NCBI GenBank assembly: GCA_963792415.1
Contig: CAWBVY010000001.1
Coordinates: forward strand, 256,001-320,000
DNA from: Candidatus Deferrimicrobiaceae bacterium
Lineage (GTDB): Bacteria; Desulfobacterota; Deferrimicrobia; Deferrimicrobiales; Deferrimicrobiaceae
Length of the DNA: 64,000 bases
Reading direction: 5' to 3'
This document shows positions 8,761 to 18,745 of the stretch, piece after piece. The position numbers and the translations under genes are program-made. Below the pieces are notes generated by a model, which saw only the letters and a program-made list of their open reading frames with translations, ran no database searches and was not told the origin of the DNA. Numbering within the stretch: the first letter of the stretch is position 1; the number at the start of each line of letters is the position of its first letter.

Positions 8761-10305
8761 TTACCACCCGACCGCAGCTCCGTCCTTTCTCAGTTCCGAC
8801 CCCGCGCGGTAGATCCCGTTGAGCGGTTCCTGGTGCGCAACACCTTTTCCGCCCTTGCCACCGGGGACCGTCGGCTCCGGCAGGCTGTAATCCCTCTCGA
8901 ACAGGATCCCCTGGTAGCCGCCGCCGAGCCCTCTGGACCGTCTCGTCGTATGCCCCCAGGCCGTCATTTCCGTATTGACGATATCGTACAGGTAATAATC
9001 CAGGCTCACCCTGTCGGATCCCTGGTCGTGATCGAACCGGGCTGCATCAGAGGTGGCCTGCACGTTATAGGCTAGGTCGATCATGTTGACGACGGCGGCG
9101 AGATCAAACGGTTTTGCCTCGGCGCACACCTCGAGGATGTTGAGCATCTCCAGCGCGGCCCACCCTTGGCTCGGGGGCGGCGTTTCGTAGATGTCATACC
9201 CGTGGTAACTGGTCTTGAGAGGGTCCTCCCATCTCGCCTCGTATTTCTTCAGGTCGTCCATGGTCCAAAACTGTTTTACGCCCGGAGGGAGAATGACTCC
9301 CAAAGAATTCGCCTTATTCACGATCGCCTGGGCGATCTCCCCCTTGTAAAAGGCGTCGACGCCTTTTTTCTGGAGCACTTCGAACGTGTGCCCCATGTCC
9401 GGATTCTTGAAGATGCTGTACAACCCTGGCACACTTCCTCCCTTGCAGTACACATTGGGGGTGTCGGGATCGACAGCCGAATTACACAGGGTGTTCCTGT
9501 TACTGTAAAAGTTGGCCGCAAGCACCTCATGCACCGGGAACCCTTCAACGGCACTCTTGCGAGCGGGTTCGAGCACTTCCTTGAAGGTCATGGTGCCGAA
9601 TTCCAATTGCTTCACAAGGCGGCAGAGATGTTGCGGTGTAAGGGCCAGCAGCTGTGCCACCTCCCAATTCTTCAAGATCATTTGAATCTTTATCGGTTTA
9701 TTTTGATCGGACCCGTTTTGGGTCTGGACCAACTTCCAAAGGAACTTCTCCAGGCGGTGTCTTCCGGAGAGGCACGACTTCTCGATAATACCGAGCATGC
9801 TGTATCTCACCGCTCTGCTTAAGAGGATCGATATCCATCGGGAGAATTCCGGATTTGTATCCATCAACTTATTGAACGTTTCTATCGGGACAAAGCACAA
9901 TTTGCTCCGGGTGATCGCCTCGGCAGTAACTGCATAAGGCATCTTTAGAAAGAATGAAACAACACCCAACATAGCCCCCCGCTCCCGTATCCCGACGATT
10001 ATCCGGCTACCATCGGATTCAGTGCGGGTCAGCTTCACCAGTCCGCTGCATATGAAGCATACGGAGTGGGGAGATTCGCCTTGGGAAAAGATCTCGTGTT
10101 CCGGAGAAACGACTCTTACCGTTTTACAGTTGAAAAACTTCTTGAGTTGTCCCAGGCAAGGGAGGTTGGGTTCGCCTCCGTGGGTGTCATGATTATTTTC
10201 AACGGGGCGGAGATTCCCGTTGAAGGACGCTGGGGACGTAGAGGTAGTGGATTCAGGTTGGAGAGCGGGGTCTTTTCCGGGAAAGGAATCCACCATTCCA
10301 GGCAC
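8761..10305 (-). pseudogene. Chimeric ORF: CRP/FNR-family regulator (HTH truncated) fused in frame to internally deleted gamma-glutamyltransferase fragments
   Basis: N-half has a cNMP domain (IFSQGESPHSVCFICSGLVKL) and HTH start (WEVAQLLALTPQHLCRL); then GGT motifs FGTMTFKEVLEPA, GFPV, DAFYKGEIA, YETPPPSQG, RKDGAAVGW; catalytic small-subunit N-terminus is missing; lower GC than flanks. Confidence 0.7.
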
Positions 10306-10495
10306 CCCTGACGAAGCAGATAAGCGGTTGTCTCCAGATTGCCGGAACGGTGACGGGTGATCGGACTGGTTAACTGTCCAGACGAATTCTAACCTTTAGT
10401 CTGGACTGACTATGTTTCGTGTCAAGGGACATTTTTGTCCACCCGGGTTTCCCCCGAACCTCAGGGAAGGATGAGGATGGAAGGAAGCCGACCCC

Positions 10496-13249
10496 TCAGG
10501 CCGGCCGGGGGGTGTCGAGGGCGGAGCGAACGACCTTCGCCAGCGTTTCCGCGCGATACGGCTTCGGAAGGAAGATCGTTCCGGGAACCGGCTCGGGGGG
10601 GGAGCTGCCGCTGGAGAGGATGACCCTTGCGCCCGGGTCGATGTCCCGGATCGCGCGAAGGACCTCCATCCCGGAGCGCTGGGGCATCGTGAGGTCGAGC
10701 ACCACCAGGTCGATCGCCCCCCGGTTCGACCGGAACAGATCGATCGCCCGCATGCCGTCCTCGGCCAGTAGCACCTTGTACCCGTGCATCTCCATCACCT
10801 GGCGGCCAAGGTCGCGGATCAGCTCCTCGTCGTCCGCGAACAGCACGGTCTCCTTCCCTCTTCGGGAAGGGGCGGTCTCCTGTACCACCGGCGCCTCCTC
10901 CGTCTGGCCCGTCGCCTCGGGGAAGTAGACGCAAAAGGTCGTCCCCTTCCCCTCGCGGCTCTCCAGGTTGATCCACCCGTCGTGCTGCTTGATGATGCCG
11001 TACACGGTGGACAGCCCCAGCCCCGTTCCCCGCCCCATCTTCTTCGTGGTGAAGAACGGCTCGAACACCCGCCGCTGCGTCGCCTCGTCCATCCCGGCGC
11101 CGTTGTCGCCGATGGAGAGCCGGATGTAGCGCCCTTTCCGCGCGTACGGGAAGATCCGGCAGTAGTCGTCGTCCACCTCGACGTTCTCCGCCCGGATGTA
11201 GATCCAGTACCCCGTCAGCGGCCGCCCCCCCGCCTTCCCCTCGGCCTCGAGGCTCTCCATGATGGCGTCCCTCGCGTTGACGCACAGGTTCATGAGGACC
11301 TGGTGGACCTGGTTGGGATCGACGAAGGCCGGGAGCAGGTCGTCCGCGATGGAGCAGGTCGTCCCGATCCGGCGGTCGATCGTCTGGGAAAAGAGGGCGG
11401 TCACCTCCCGGACCACGTTCCCGAGGTTCACGGGCCGGCACTCCGCCGGGGCGCGCCGGGAGAAATCGAGGAGCTGGCGCACGAGCTGCACCGCGCGTTC
11501 CGAGGCCTTGATCCCCTCGGCGATCGGGACCGACGCCGGGGAGCCGGGCGGCACGAACCCGCGGGCCATGTCGAGACTGCCGAGGATCCCCGTGAGGATA
11601 TTGTTGAAGTCGTGCGCGATCCCCCCGGCCAGCGTCCCGACGGCTTCCATCTTCTGCATCTCGATCAGCTGCTTTTCGAGGAGTCGCCGTTCCGTGACGT
11701 CGATCCCGGTCACGATGACGGAGAGGATCGTTCCGTCCCCGTCGTGCAGCGGGGCGTGGTTCCAGGCGATCATCCGCGGGTAAGCGTGGGCCGTGGTGGC
11801 AATCGAGGTTTCGAGAGGGGGAGGCGTGCGTCCGGCCGCGACCGCGTGGATGGCGTCGCGGTGGAGGTTCCGGGCCGGCTCCCCGATCACCAGGTCCCAC
11901 ATCCGCTTCCCCGACGCGTCCCGGGCGGCGATCCCGGTCACCTCCTCGCACTGCCGGTTGAAGAGCAGGATTTCCCCGGCCCTGCTCACCTGCAGGACGA
12001 GCGCCCCGGAGATGTCCAGGATCCGGTTCGAGAAATCGCGCTCCTTCCGGAGCTCCCGGAGGACCCGCGCCCTCTCGGCCACGTCGCGGAACACGATCAT
12101 CCCGAGGGGGCCGGATCGTTTCGGGACGAAGGAGTCGTTCCGTTCTTCCCGGGGCGCCCAGGTGATGCGGATCTCCCCGGGGAAGGTCGAGCCGTCCATG
12201 CGCAGAAGAGAGGCTTCCCACTCGCGCCGGGGCTCTCCCGTGCCGGGTTCCCGCAATTCGTCCCGCAGGCCGGCCACCGCGTCGGGCTCCGCCAGAATCG
12301 AAACCGGGTCGGCGTCGAACAGCAGCCCCGGGGAAGCGTACCCGAGCATCTCGGCCGCCGCCGGATTGGCGCGCACCACCTTCCTCTCGCGCACGAGGAT
12401 GACCCCGTCCCGCTGGTTCCGCAGCAGTTCGTCGTAGGACGCCTTCGCGGCGACGAAGACCTCGTGGCGCCTGGCCCCCTGGATTGCGCTTCCCACCCGG
12501 CGGGCCATCGCGGCGAGCGCCTCGATCTCGACCGCGTCGAAGGCGGCGGCGATGTCCGCGTGCACGACGAGAACCTTGTGCGGGAAACCAGGCTGCTCGA
12601 TCCGGGCCGCGGCGCAGCGAACGAGCCCGTGACGCCGGCAACCCTCCTGCCACGCGGCGGGGGGCGTGCCGCCGACCTCCCGCAAGGTGATCGTACCGCC
12701 CGTCCGCAAGGCGTTCCCGGGCGGCGTCTGCCCTTCGGGCGTGTCGTCCCAGCGGAGAGCGACCCCCCGGAGACACTCCGCGGCGTCCCCCGCGCTGCAC
12801 TCCACGCGGATCGTTCCGTCGGATTCGGCGGCTCCCACCCACACGAGGCGGTACCCGCGGGAGCGGGAGAGGATGTCGCACACCAGGGAGAGGATCTTCT
12901 CCTCCTCCAGGACGCCCACCAGGGACCGCTCCACCTCGGCGATCAGGGCGAACCGCGCCTCGAGGCGCTCCCGGAAGCGGAACCATTGGCCGGTGAGGAG
13001 GAAGCCCGCGGCGAGGAGCAGGGAGATGAAGAATTCGGCGATCACGACCGGCTGGTCGGTGACCAGGGTGGCCGTGGACCAGGAAGAGAAGAAGATCCCC
13101 CAGACCGAGAGAAGCCCCTTCAGGAAGAGGGCAAGGGAGACGAAGGACCAGACGCGGCCGAGCCGGCCTGTCGATAGAAACACGACGGACTGCCACGCGG
13201 CGACGAACTGGAAGAAGGCCGAGACGCACTGGATCGCAGGAAGAACCAT
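10496..13249 (-). CDS. Membrane hybrid sensor histidine kinase (GAF-PAS-PAS-HisKA-HATPase-REC)
   Basis: N-terminal TM helices; QKMEAVGTLAGGIAHDFNNIL; FEPFFTTK..GTGLGLS; C-terminal receiver VLFADDE...DLTMP. Confidence 0.93.
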   Translation of the reverse strand: MVLPAIQCVSAFFQFVAAWQSVVFLSTGRLGRVWSFVSLALFLKGLLSVWGIFFSSWSTATLVTDQPVVIAEFFISLLLAAGFLLTGQWFRFRERLEARFALIAEVERSLVGVLEEEKILSLVCDILSRSRGYRLVWVGAAESDGTIRVECSAGDAAECLRGVALRWDDTPEGQTPPGNALRTGGTITLREVGGTPPAAWQEGCRRHGLVRCAAARIEQPGFPHKVLVVHADIAAAFDAVEIEALAAMARRVGSAIQGARRHEVFVAAKASYDELLRNQRDGVILVRERKVVRANPAAAEMLGYASPGLLFDADPVSILAEPDAVAGLRDELREPGTGEPRREWEASLLRMDGSTFPGEIRITWAPREERNDSFVPKRSGPLGMIVFRDVAERARVLRELRKERDFSNRILDISGALVLQVSRAGEILLFNRQCEEVTGIAARDASGKRMWDLVIGEPARNLHRDAIHAVAAGRTPPPLETSIATTAHAYPRMIAWNHAPLHDGDGTILSVIVTGIDVTERRLLEKQLIEMQKMEAVGTLAGGIAHDFNNILTGILGSLDMARGFVPPGSPASVPIAEGIKASERAVQLVRQLLDFSRRAPAECRPVNLGNVVREVTALFSQTIDRRIGTTCSIADDLLPAFVDPNQVHQVLMNLCVNARDAIMESLEAEGKAGGRPLTGYWIYIRAENVEVDDDYCRIFPYARKGRYIRLSIGDNGAGMDEATQRRVFEPFFTTKKMGRGTGLGLSTVYGIIKQHDGWINLESREGKGTTFCVYFPEATGQTEEAPVVQETAPSRRGKETVLFADDEELIRDLGRQVMEMHGYKVLLAEDGMRAIDLFRSNRGAIDLVVLDLTMPQRSGMEVLRAIRDIDPGARVILSSGSSPPEPVPGTIFLPKPYRAETLAKVVRSALDTPRPA

Positions 13250-13434
13250 CCGGCAGTTCCACTCCCCCGTTTTCTCTCGAATAAACCCCCGTGATCCGTA
13301 TCGGCGGAACGCCCTCGGAACTTCACGGGAGTTCCCCGATCCGACGGCATTCTATCAAACCACGGGTCCCTGACGCGATTATGGCGGACAAATCCGAAAA
13401 TATGTACACTGTCGACAATATCATGTAACGGGAG

Positions 13435-14826
13435 ATGCGGATGGCGAACGGGGCACGAAGCGACTCCATCGTGAGGGGATTCGTCCACTCTTCGGTGTTC
13501 TGGCTGCTGGTCGGGCTGGTGGTCGGTCTGTGGCTGGCGGCCGAGATGATCTATCCGGCCCTGAACCTTGCGCCGTGGCTCGCTTTCGGGCGCCTGCGCG
13601 TGGTCCACACCAACGGGCTGATCTACGGGGCCACGCTCGGCGGGATCTTCGCCTGCAGTTATTACATGCTCGAAAAGTTGACCCGGAGCCCGATCGCGTT
13701 CCCGGGCCTCGCGAAAACCCAGCTCTGGCTGTTCAATATCGCGATAGCGCTCGCGGCCCTCTCGCTGTTCGCCGGGTGGAACACCTCCAAGGAGTACGCG
13801 GAGCTCGAGTGGCCCCTCGACATCGTGGTGGTGGCCCTGTGGGTGATGTTCGCGGTCAACGTGATGGGAACGCTCGTCAAGCGGCGGGAGAAGCAGATGT
13901 ACGTCTCCCTCTGGTTCATCATCGCCTGCGTGGTCACGGTGGCGGTCGTCTACATCCTCAACAACCTGGCGATCCCGGTCAGCCTCTCCAAATCGTACTC
14001 GGCGTACGCCGGCGTAAACGACGCCAACGTCCAGTGGTGGTTCGGGCACAACGCCGTCGCCTCGGTCTTCACCTTCCCGATCCTCGCGATGTTCTACTAC
14101 TTCCTCCCGAAGTCCACCGGCCTGCCGATCTACAGCCACCGCCTCTCCATCATCGCCTTCTGGTCCCTCGTCTTCGGCTACCTGTGGACCGGGGCGCACC
14201 ACCTGATGCTGAGCCCGGTGCCCGAGTGGATCCAGACGGTCGCGCTGGGCTTCAGCCTGTTCCTCATCGCCCCCTCCTGGGCCTCGGTCATCAACGGCTT
14301 CTACACGATGAACGGGAACTGGGACCAGATGAAGTCGAACTACCTGGTCAAGTTCTTCATTCTCGGGATCACCTTCTACGGGCTCCAGACGATCCAGGGG
14401 CCGACCCAGGCGATCCGGGCGCTTTCCGCCCACCTCCACTACACCGAGTACATCCCCGGCCACGTCCACATGGGGACGATGGGGTGGGTGACGATGACCA
14501 TCACGGCGTCGATGTATTTCATGATGGCGAAGATCTCCGGCCGGGAGGTCCACAGCGTCAGGCTGGCGAACGTCCATTTCTGGCTGATCCTCGTGGGGCA
14601 GCTCCTGTTCACCGTGACCTTGTGGATCGCCGGCATCGTCCAGGGGGCCATGTGGAAGGCCACCAACCCCGACGGATCCCTCATGTACACGTTCCTCGAC
14701 TCCGTGGCGGCGATGTACCCGTACTGGGCCGTGCGGCTCCTCGGCGGCCTTCTCTACTTCGCCGGGATCGCGGTCTTCACCTACAACCTCTACATGACGT
14801 CACGGCCGAAAGCCCGGGCGGTGTGA
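13435..14826 (+). CDS. ccoN: cbb3-type cytochrome c oxidase subunit I
   Basis: FGRLRVVHTN, KEYAELEWP, QWWFGHNAV, YLWTGAHHL, GHVHMG. Confidence 0.96.
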   Translation: MRMANGARSDSIVRGFVHSSVFWLLVGLVVGLWLAAEMIYPALNLAPWLAFGRLRVVHTNGLIYGATLGGIFACSYYMLEKLTRSPIAFPGLAKTQLWLFNIAIALAALSLFAGWNTSKEYAELEWPLDIVVVALWVMFAVNVMGTLVKRREKQMYVSLWFIIACVVTVAVVYILNNLAIPVSLSKSYSAYAGVNDANVQWWFGHNAVASVFTFPILAMFYYFLPKSTGLPIYSHRLSIIAFWSLVFGYLWTGAHHLMLSPVPEWIQTVALGFSLFLIAPSWASVINGFYTMNGNWDQMKSNYLVKFFILGITFYGLQTIQGPTQAIRALSAHLHYTEYIPGHVHMGTMGWVTMTITASMYFMMAKISGREVHSVRLANVHFWLILVGQLLFTVTLWIAGIVQGAMWKATNPDGSLMYTFLDSVAAMYPYWAVRLLGGLLYFAGIAVFTYNLYMTSRPKARAV

Positions 14827-14829
14827 CCG

Positions 14830-15816
14830 ATGAAAATCGACAGCCTCTATGAAAAGCCGGTTCTCTTCGCCCTCGCGGCGGTGGTCGTCATCTCGGTCGG
14901 GACGCTGGTCACGACCTTCATCCCCCTCTTCCTCCCGTCGACCCAGCCGGTCAGCCCCCTGATCAAGCCGTACACGGCCGTCGAGACGGAAGGGAGGGAC
15001 ATCTACATCCGTGAAGGGTGCAACAATTGCCACACCCAGACGGTGCGGCCGCTGCGCACCGAAGTCGCCCGGTACGGCGAATACTCCAGGGCGGAGGAGT
15101 CGGCCTGGGACCGCCCGTTCCTCTGGGGTTCCCGTCGCACGGGGCCGGACCTCGCCCGCGCGGGGGGAAAGTATCCCGACGCGTGGCAGTATCGCCACAT
15201 GGCGAACCCGCAGTCGATGTTCTCAACGTCGAACATGCCCGCGTACCCCTGGCTCGCGAAAGCGAAGCTCGACACCTCCCTGACGGCCAGGAAGGTGAAG
15301 ACCCTCGGATTCGGCTACGACGAGGCGGAGGTCGCCCGGCAGCTGGCCGACTTCCGGCAGGCGGTCACGGCGCCGACCTATCCGTCCGCGCAGGTCCGCG
15401 CCCAGGTGACGCCGCCCGCCCTTCGGGGGGAGATCACCGAGCTCGACGCGCTGGTGGCGTATCTCCAGAAGCTGGGGCGGGACCTGAAATCGGCGCAGAA
15501 ACCCCCGGCGGGGCCCGCGACCGCCGAGGCGGCGGAGGCGAAGAACCCGTACGCCGGAAATCCCGCGGCCGAGGAGGAAGGCGAGAAGATCTTCGAGCAG
15601 AATTGCCGGAGCTGCCACGGTGAAAAGGGCGCCGGGGGGTTCGGCCCGAAGCTGGCGACGACCGCCCACAAGTTCGGAGGATCGGACGCGGATCTGTTCG
15701 CCTCCGTCGCCGGGGGCCGCCCCGGAGGGATGCCCGCGTTCCTTCCGCAACTGGGGAAGGAACGGGTCTGGAAGGCGGTCGCCTACATCCGGCACCTGGA
15801 ACGGGAAGGTCGATGA
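14830..15816 (+). CDS. ccoO: cbb3 oxidase subunit II with an extra fused C-terminal cytochrome c domain
   Basis: GRDIYIREGCNNCHTQ, LWGSRRTGPDLAR; second heme motif CRSCH...GMPAF. Confidence 0.93.
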   Translation: MKIDSLYEKPVLFALAAVVVISVGTLVTTFIPLFLPSTQPVSPLIKPYTAVETEGRDIYIREGCNNCHTQTVRPLRTEVARYGEYSRAEESAWDRPFLWGSRRTGPDLARAGGKYPDAWQYRHMANPQSMFSTSNMPAYPWLAKAKLDTSLTARKVKTLGFGYDEAEVARQLADFRQAVTAPTYPSAQVRAQVTPPALRGEITELDALVAYLQKLGRDLKSAQKPPAGPATAEAAEAKNPYAGNPAAEEEGEKIFEQNCRSCHGEKGAGGFGPKLATTAHKFGGSDADLFASVAGGRPGGMPAFLPQLGKERVWKAVAYIRHLEREGR

Positions 15817-15992
15817 CGCCGCGCGCGCTGGCGTACCTCCTCTTCACGCTGCTCCTCGCCGGGGTCTTCGCCGGGATCATCGCCCATTATTTCAACCGGA
15901 AGCGGCACGACCGCGTGGAAGCCCCGAAGTACCGGATGCTCGACGACGACGATCCGCCGCCCGACTCGACGGGCGGCCACCGGGAGGGATGA
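15813..15992 (+). CDS. ccoQ: cbb3 oxidase small subunit CcoQ (59 aa, not in the ORF track)
   Basis: Read from sequence: MTPRALAYLLFTLLLAGVFAGIIAHYFNRKRHDRVEAPKYRMLDDD; single TM; lies between ccoO and ccoP. Confidence 0.8.
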   Translation: MTPRALAYLLFTLLLAGVFAGIIAHYFNRKRHDRVEAPKYRMLDDDDPPPDSTGGHREG

Positions 15993-15996
15993 TCCC

Positions 15997-16479
15997 ATGG
16001 ACGAGCCGATCGGGAAGATGGAGGCGCACAACAAGGTTCCCCGCGGTTTCCTCGTCCTGCTGTTCGGGCTGATCGCGTTCGGCGTCTACTACATCGCCGC
16101 GTACACGCCGGAGATCAGCGGCTGGTCGCAGTACAAGGTGCTCTCGAAGGAGATGGAGGCGGAGACGGCGAAAGCCGCCGCCGGCGCCGCGAAGATGACC
16201 GAGAACCCGTACGAGCGGGACGAAAAAGCCGTGGCGGAGGGACAGGGCATCTACGCCGGAAAATGCGCCGAGTGCCACGGAAAAGACCTGAAAGGAACGG
16301 ACGGCCCGTCCCTGGTCGGCCACCTGAAGTTCGGCGAGCAGGATCCCGAAAAATTCGAGTCGATCGCCAAGGGCCGCCCGGGCGGGATGCCCGCGTTCGA
16401 GACGGAACTCGGACGGGAGCGGATCTGGAAGGTGCTGGCCTACATCGACTCGGTCCGGGAGTACGGGAAGAAGCCGTAA
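15997..16479 (+). CDS. ccoP: Short monoheme CcoP-like subunit III
   Basis: N-terminal TM (NKVPRGFLVLLFGLI), CAECH, GRPGGMPAF. Confidence 0.8.
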   Translation: MDEPIGKMEAHNKVPRGFLVLLFGLIAFGVYYIAAYTPEISGWSQYKVLSKEMEAETAKAAAGAAKMTENPYERDEKAVAEGQGIYAGKCAECHGKDLKGTDGPSLVGHLKFGEQDPEKFESIAKGRPGGMPAFETELGRERIWKVLAYIDSVREYGKKP

Positions 16480-16520
16480 CCGGTCCTCCTCCCTCCCCGT
16501 CTCCGGGTTACACTCGACCC

Positions 16521-17624
16521 ATGTGGAAAAACCGCCGAAGGATCGTCGCCCTCCTCGGGGGGGCGGCAATTCTCCTCCTCCCGTTCCTCCGGATCCGCGG
16601 GCGCAGCGCGGCGCGCTTCGACCTTCCCACCCTCTCGCTCCACTTCTTCGGGGCGGTCGTCCCGATCGACGAGTTCTACCTGGTGCTCCTGGGCACGCTC
16701 TTCCTCGTGGCGCTCACCCTCTGGGTGACGGTCGTCTTCGGCAGATTGTGGTGCGGCTGGCTCTGCCCGCAGACGGTGATCCGGGAGATCGGCGAGTGGA
16801 TCGCCTCCGCGCTCCCGGCCCGGTTCCGCCGCGCAGGAAAGACGCTGGTGCTCCTCCCCTTCTCCGCCCTGGTGTCCCTCTCCCTCCTTTGGTACTTCGT
16901 CCCGCCGGCCGAGGCGACCCGCGACCTCTTCCGGTCCCCGGTCCTCCTCGGCTTCTTCCTGTCGCAGTGGGGAGTGATCTACATCATGGTGGCCGTCGTC
17001 GGACCCCGCTTCTGCAAAACGGCGTGCCCGTACGCGATGCTCCAGAACGTCCTCGCCGACCGGGAGACGCTCGCGGTCGCGTACGACCCGGCGCGACCGG
17101 AGTGCCTCCGGTGCGACGGGTGCATCCGGGCCTGCCCGGTGGGGATCGACATCCGTGCGGGCGTGCAGCGGGAGTGCATCGCCTGCGCGTCGTGCATCGA
17201 CGCCTGCCGGGAAGCGACGTCGGGCCATGACATCGCGCCCTTCATCGCCTACCGGGGAACGGTCCTGCGCGGGAAAGCGACCCTCTTCGCGGGGGGGTGC
17301 CTCGCCGCCTCGCTCGTCCTCCTCGCCGCGATGTGGATCCGTCCCGACGTCCGGTTCGCCGTGCAGTGGGAAGGGAAAGCCGGGACGCCGCGGGGGAACG
17401 TCTACCGGTACTCCGTCCGGAACGACTCGGACCGGCCGGTCGCGCTCGCGCTGTCCGTGGGGCGGCCGGCGCGTCTCCTCGACGATCCGGAGGTCGCGGT
17501 CCCCTCCCGGGGGCGCGTGACAGGCACGCTCACGGTGCAGGGGGGGAGCGGGACACCGGGGGAGATCCTCTTCACCGCCGAGGGGCGGGGGTTCCGCATC
17601 GTCCGGAAGGCGGCGTTCCCGTGA
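16521..17624 (+). CDS. ccoG: CcoG/FixG 4Fe-4S membrane protein
   Basis: GRLWCGWLCPQT, FCKTACPY, CLRCDGCIRACPVGIDIR, ECIACASCIDAC. Confidence 0.9.
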   Translation: MWKNRRRIVALLGGAAILLLPFLRIRGRSAARFDLPTLSLHFFGAVVPIDEFYLVLLGTLFLVALTLWVTVVFGRLWCGWLCPQTVIREIGEWIASALPARFRRAGKTLVLLPFSALVSLSLLWYFVPPAEATRDLFRSPVLLGFFLSQWGVIYIMVAVVGPRFCKTACPYAMLQNVLADRETLAVAYDPARPECLRCDGCIRACPVGIDIRAGVQRECIACASCIDACREATSGHDIAPFIAYRGTVLRGKATLFAGGCLAASLVLLAAMWIRPDVRFAVQWEGKAGTPRGNVYRYSVRNDSDRPVALALSVGRPARLLDDPEVAVPSRGRVTGTLTVQGGSGTPGEILFTAEGRGFRIVRKAAFP

Positions 17625-18052
17625 AGCGGCTGATCGGGGGACTGTTCGCCGCCTTCGCGCTCCTGATCGGCGCGACGGTCTACATCTCCTACCATTCCCG
17701 GGACGGCCTCGTCGATCGCCGCCCTTCCGAAACGGCGGGCCTCCTGCGCGGCGCCGTCGGCGGACAGGAGGTCCTCCTCTCGATCACCCCGTGGCCGCCG
17801 GTAACGATGCGTGACGTCGATTTCACCGTATCCCTTCCGGGATACGCGGGAAAAGCCCCACCGTACGTGGACCTGTCGATGGCCGGAATGGAGATGGGAC
17901 GGAACCGCGTCGATCTCTCCCGCGGGGCCGACGGCCGATACCGCGGGACGGGGGTGTTCGTCCGGTGCCCGAGCGGAAGGCACGACTGGGAAGCGACGGT
18001 GGCGGCCCCGGGCGCCGGGAAGGTGGTGTTCCGCTTTGCCGTGGCCGACTGA
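17621..18052 (+). CDS. FixH/CcoH-like protein
   Basis: GTG overlaps the ccoG stop; N-terminal TM, DGLV motif, DLSMAGMEMG; operon position. Confidence 0.6.
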   Translation: MKRLIGGLFAAFALLIGATVYISYHSRDGLVDRRPSETAGLLRGAVGGQEVLLSITPWPPVTMRDVDFTVSLPGYAGKAPPYVDLSMAGMEMGRNRVDLSRGADGRYRGTGVFVRCPSGRHDWEATVAAPGAGKVVFRFAVAD

Positions 18053-18731
18053 CTCCCTCCCGTGGATCCTGTTCGTCACCGGGCTGGTGGGCGGCGCCGG
18101 CCATTGCGTCGGGATGTGCGGCCCGCTGGTCGCCGGATACGCGATCACGCTGCGGAACCGCGCGGCCACCCTTCCGCACCTCCTCTTCCACCTGGGCCGG
18201 GTGACCACGTACGGCATCGCCGGGGGGATCGTCGGGGCGTCGGGCTCCTTCGTCCGCGTCGCGGCGTGGGTCGCCCCCCTCCAGTCGTTTCTCCTCGCCG
18301 CGACCGGCGTGCTGATCGCGCTCATGGGGCTTTCGGTCGGCGGCTGGCTGCCGTGGGCGCGACGGATCGAGGGGAGCGGCCCTTTCCGGGGGGTCCTGGC
18401 CGGGGTCGCGCGACGCGCGGCCGAGGCGGGCGGCCCGGGCGCCGCCTTCCCCCTCGGCATGGCGACGGGACTGCTCCCGTGCGGGCTGGTCTACACCGCG
18501 CTCCTTTCGGCGGCGCGTTCCGGGATGGAGGGAGGCTCCCCGGCCGACGGGTTCGCCAGGGGATTCCTCGCGATGGCCGCCTTCGGGGCGGGAACGTTCC
18601 CCGCCCTGTTCCTGTTCGGCAAAGTGGTCGCGGCAACGGGCCCTCGCCTGCGCGGGGCGCTGGAGAAGGTCGCCGCCGCCCTCCTCGTCGCCGCCGGGGT
18701 GATGTTCACCGCGCGCGCGTTTCTCCATTGA
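18036..18731 (+). CDS. DsbD_2/TauE-like cbb3 biogenesis membrane protein
   Basis: GAGHCVGMCGP, HLGRVTTY, GLLPCGLVY, MAAFGAGTFP. Confidence 0.85.
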   Translation: MPWPTDSLPWILFVTGLVGGAGHCVGMCGPLVAGYAITLRNRAATLPHLLFHLGRVTTYGIAGGIVGASGSFVRVAAWVAPLQSFLLAATGVLIALMGLSVGGWLPWARRIEGSGPFRGVLAGVARRAAEAGGPGAAFPLGMATGLLPCGLVYTALLSAARSGMEGGSPADGFARGFLAMAAFGAGTFPALFLFGKVVAATGPRLRGALEKVAAALLVAAGVMFTARAFLH

Positions 18732-18745
18732 GAGGAGGCCGGGCC

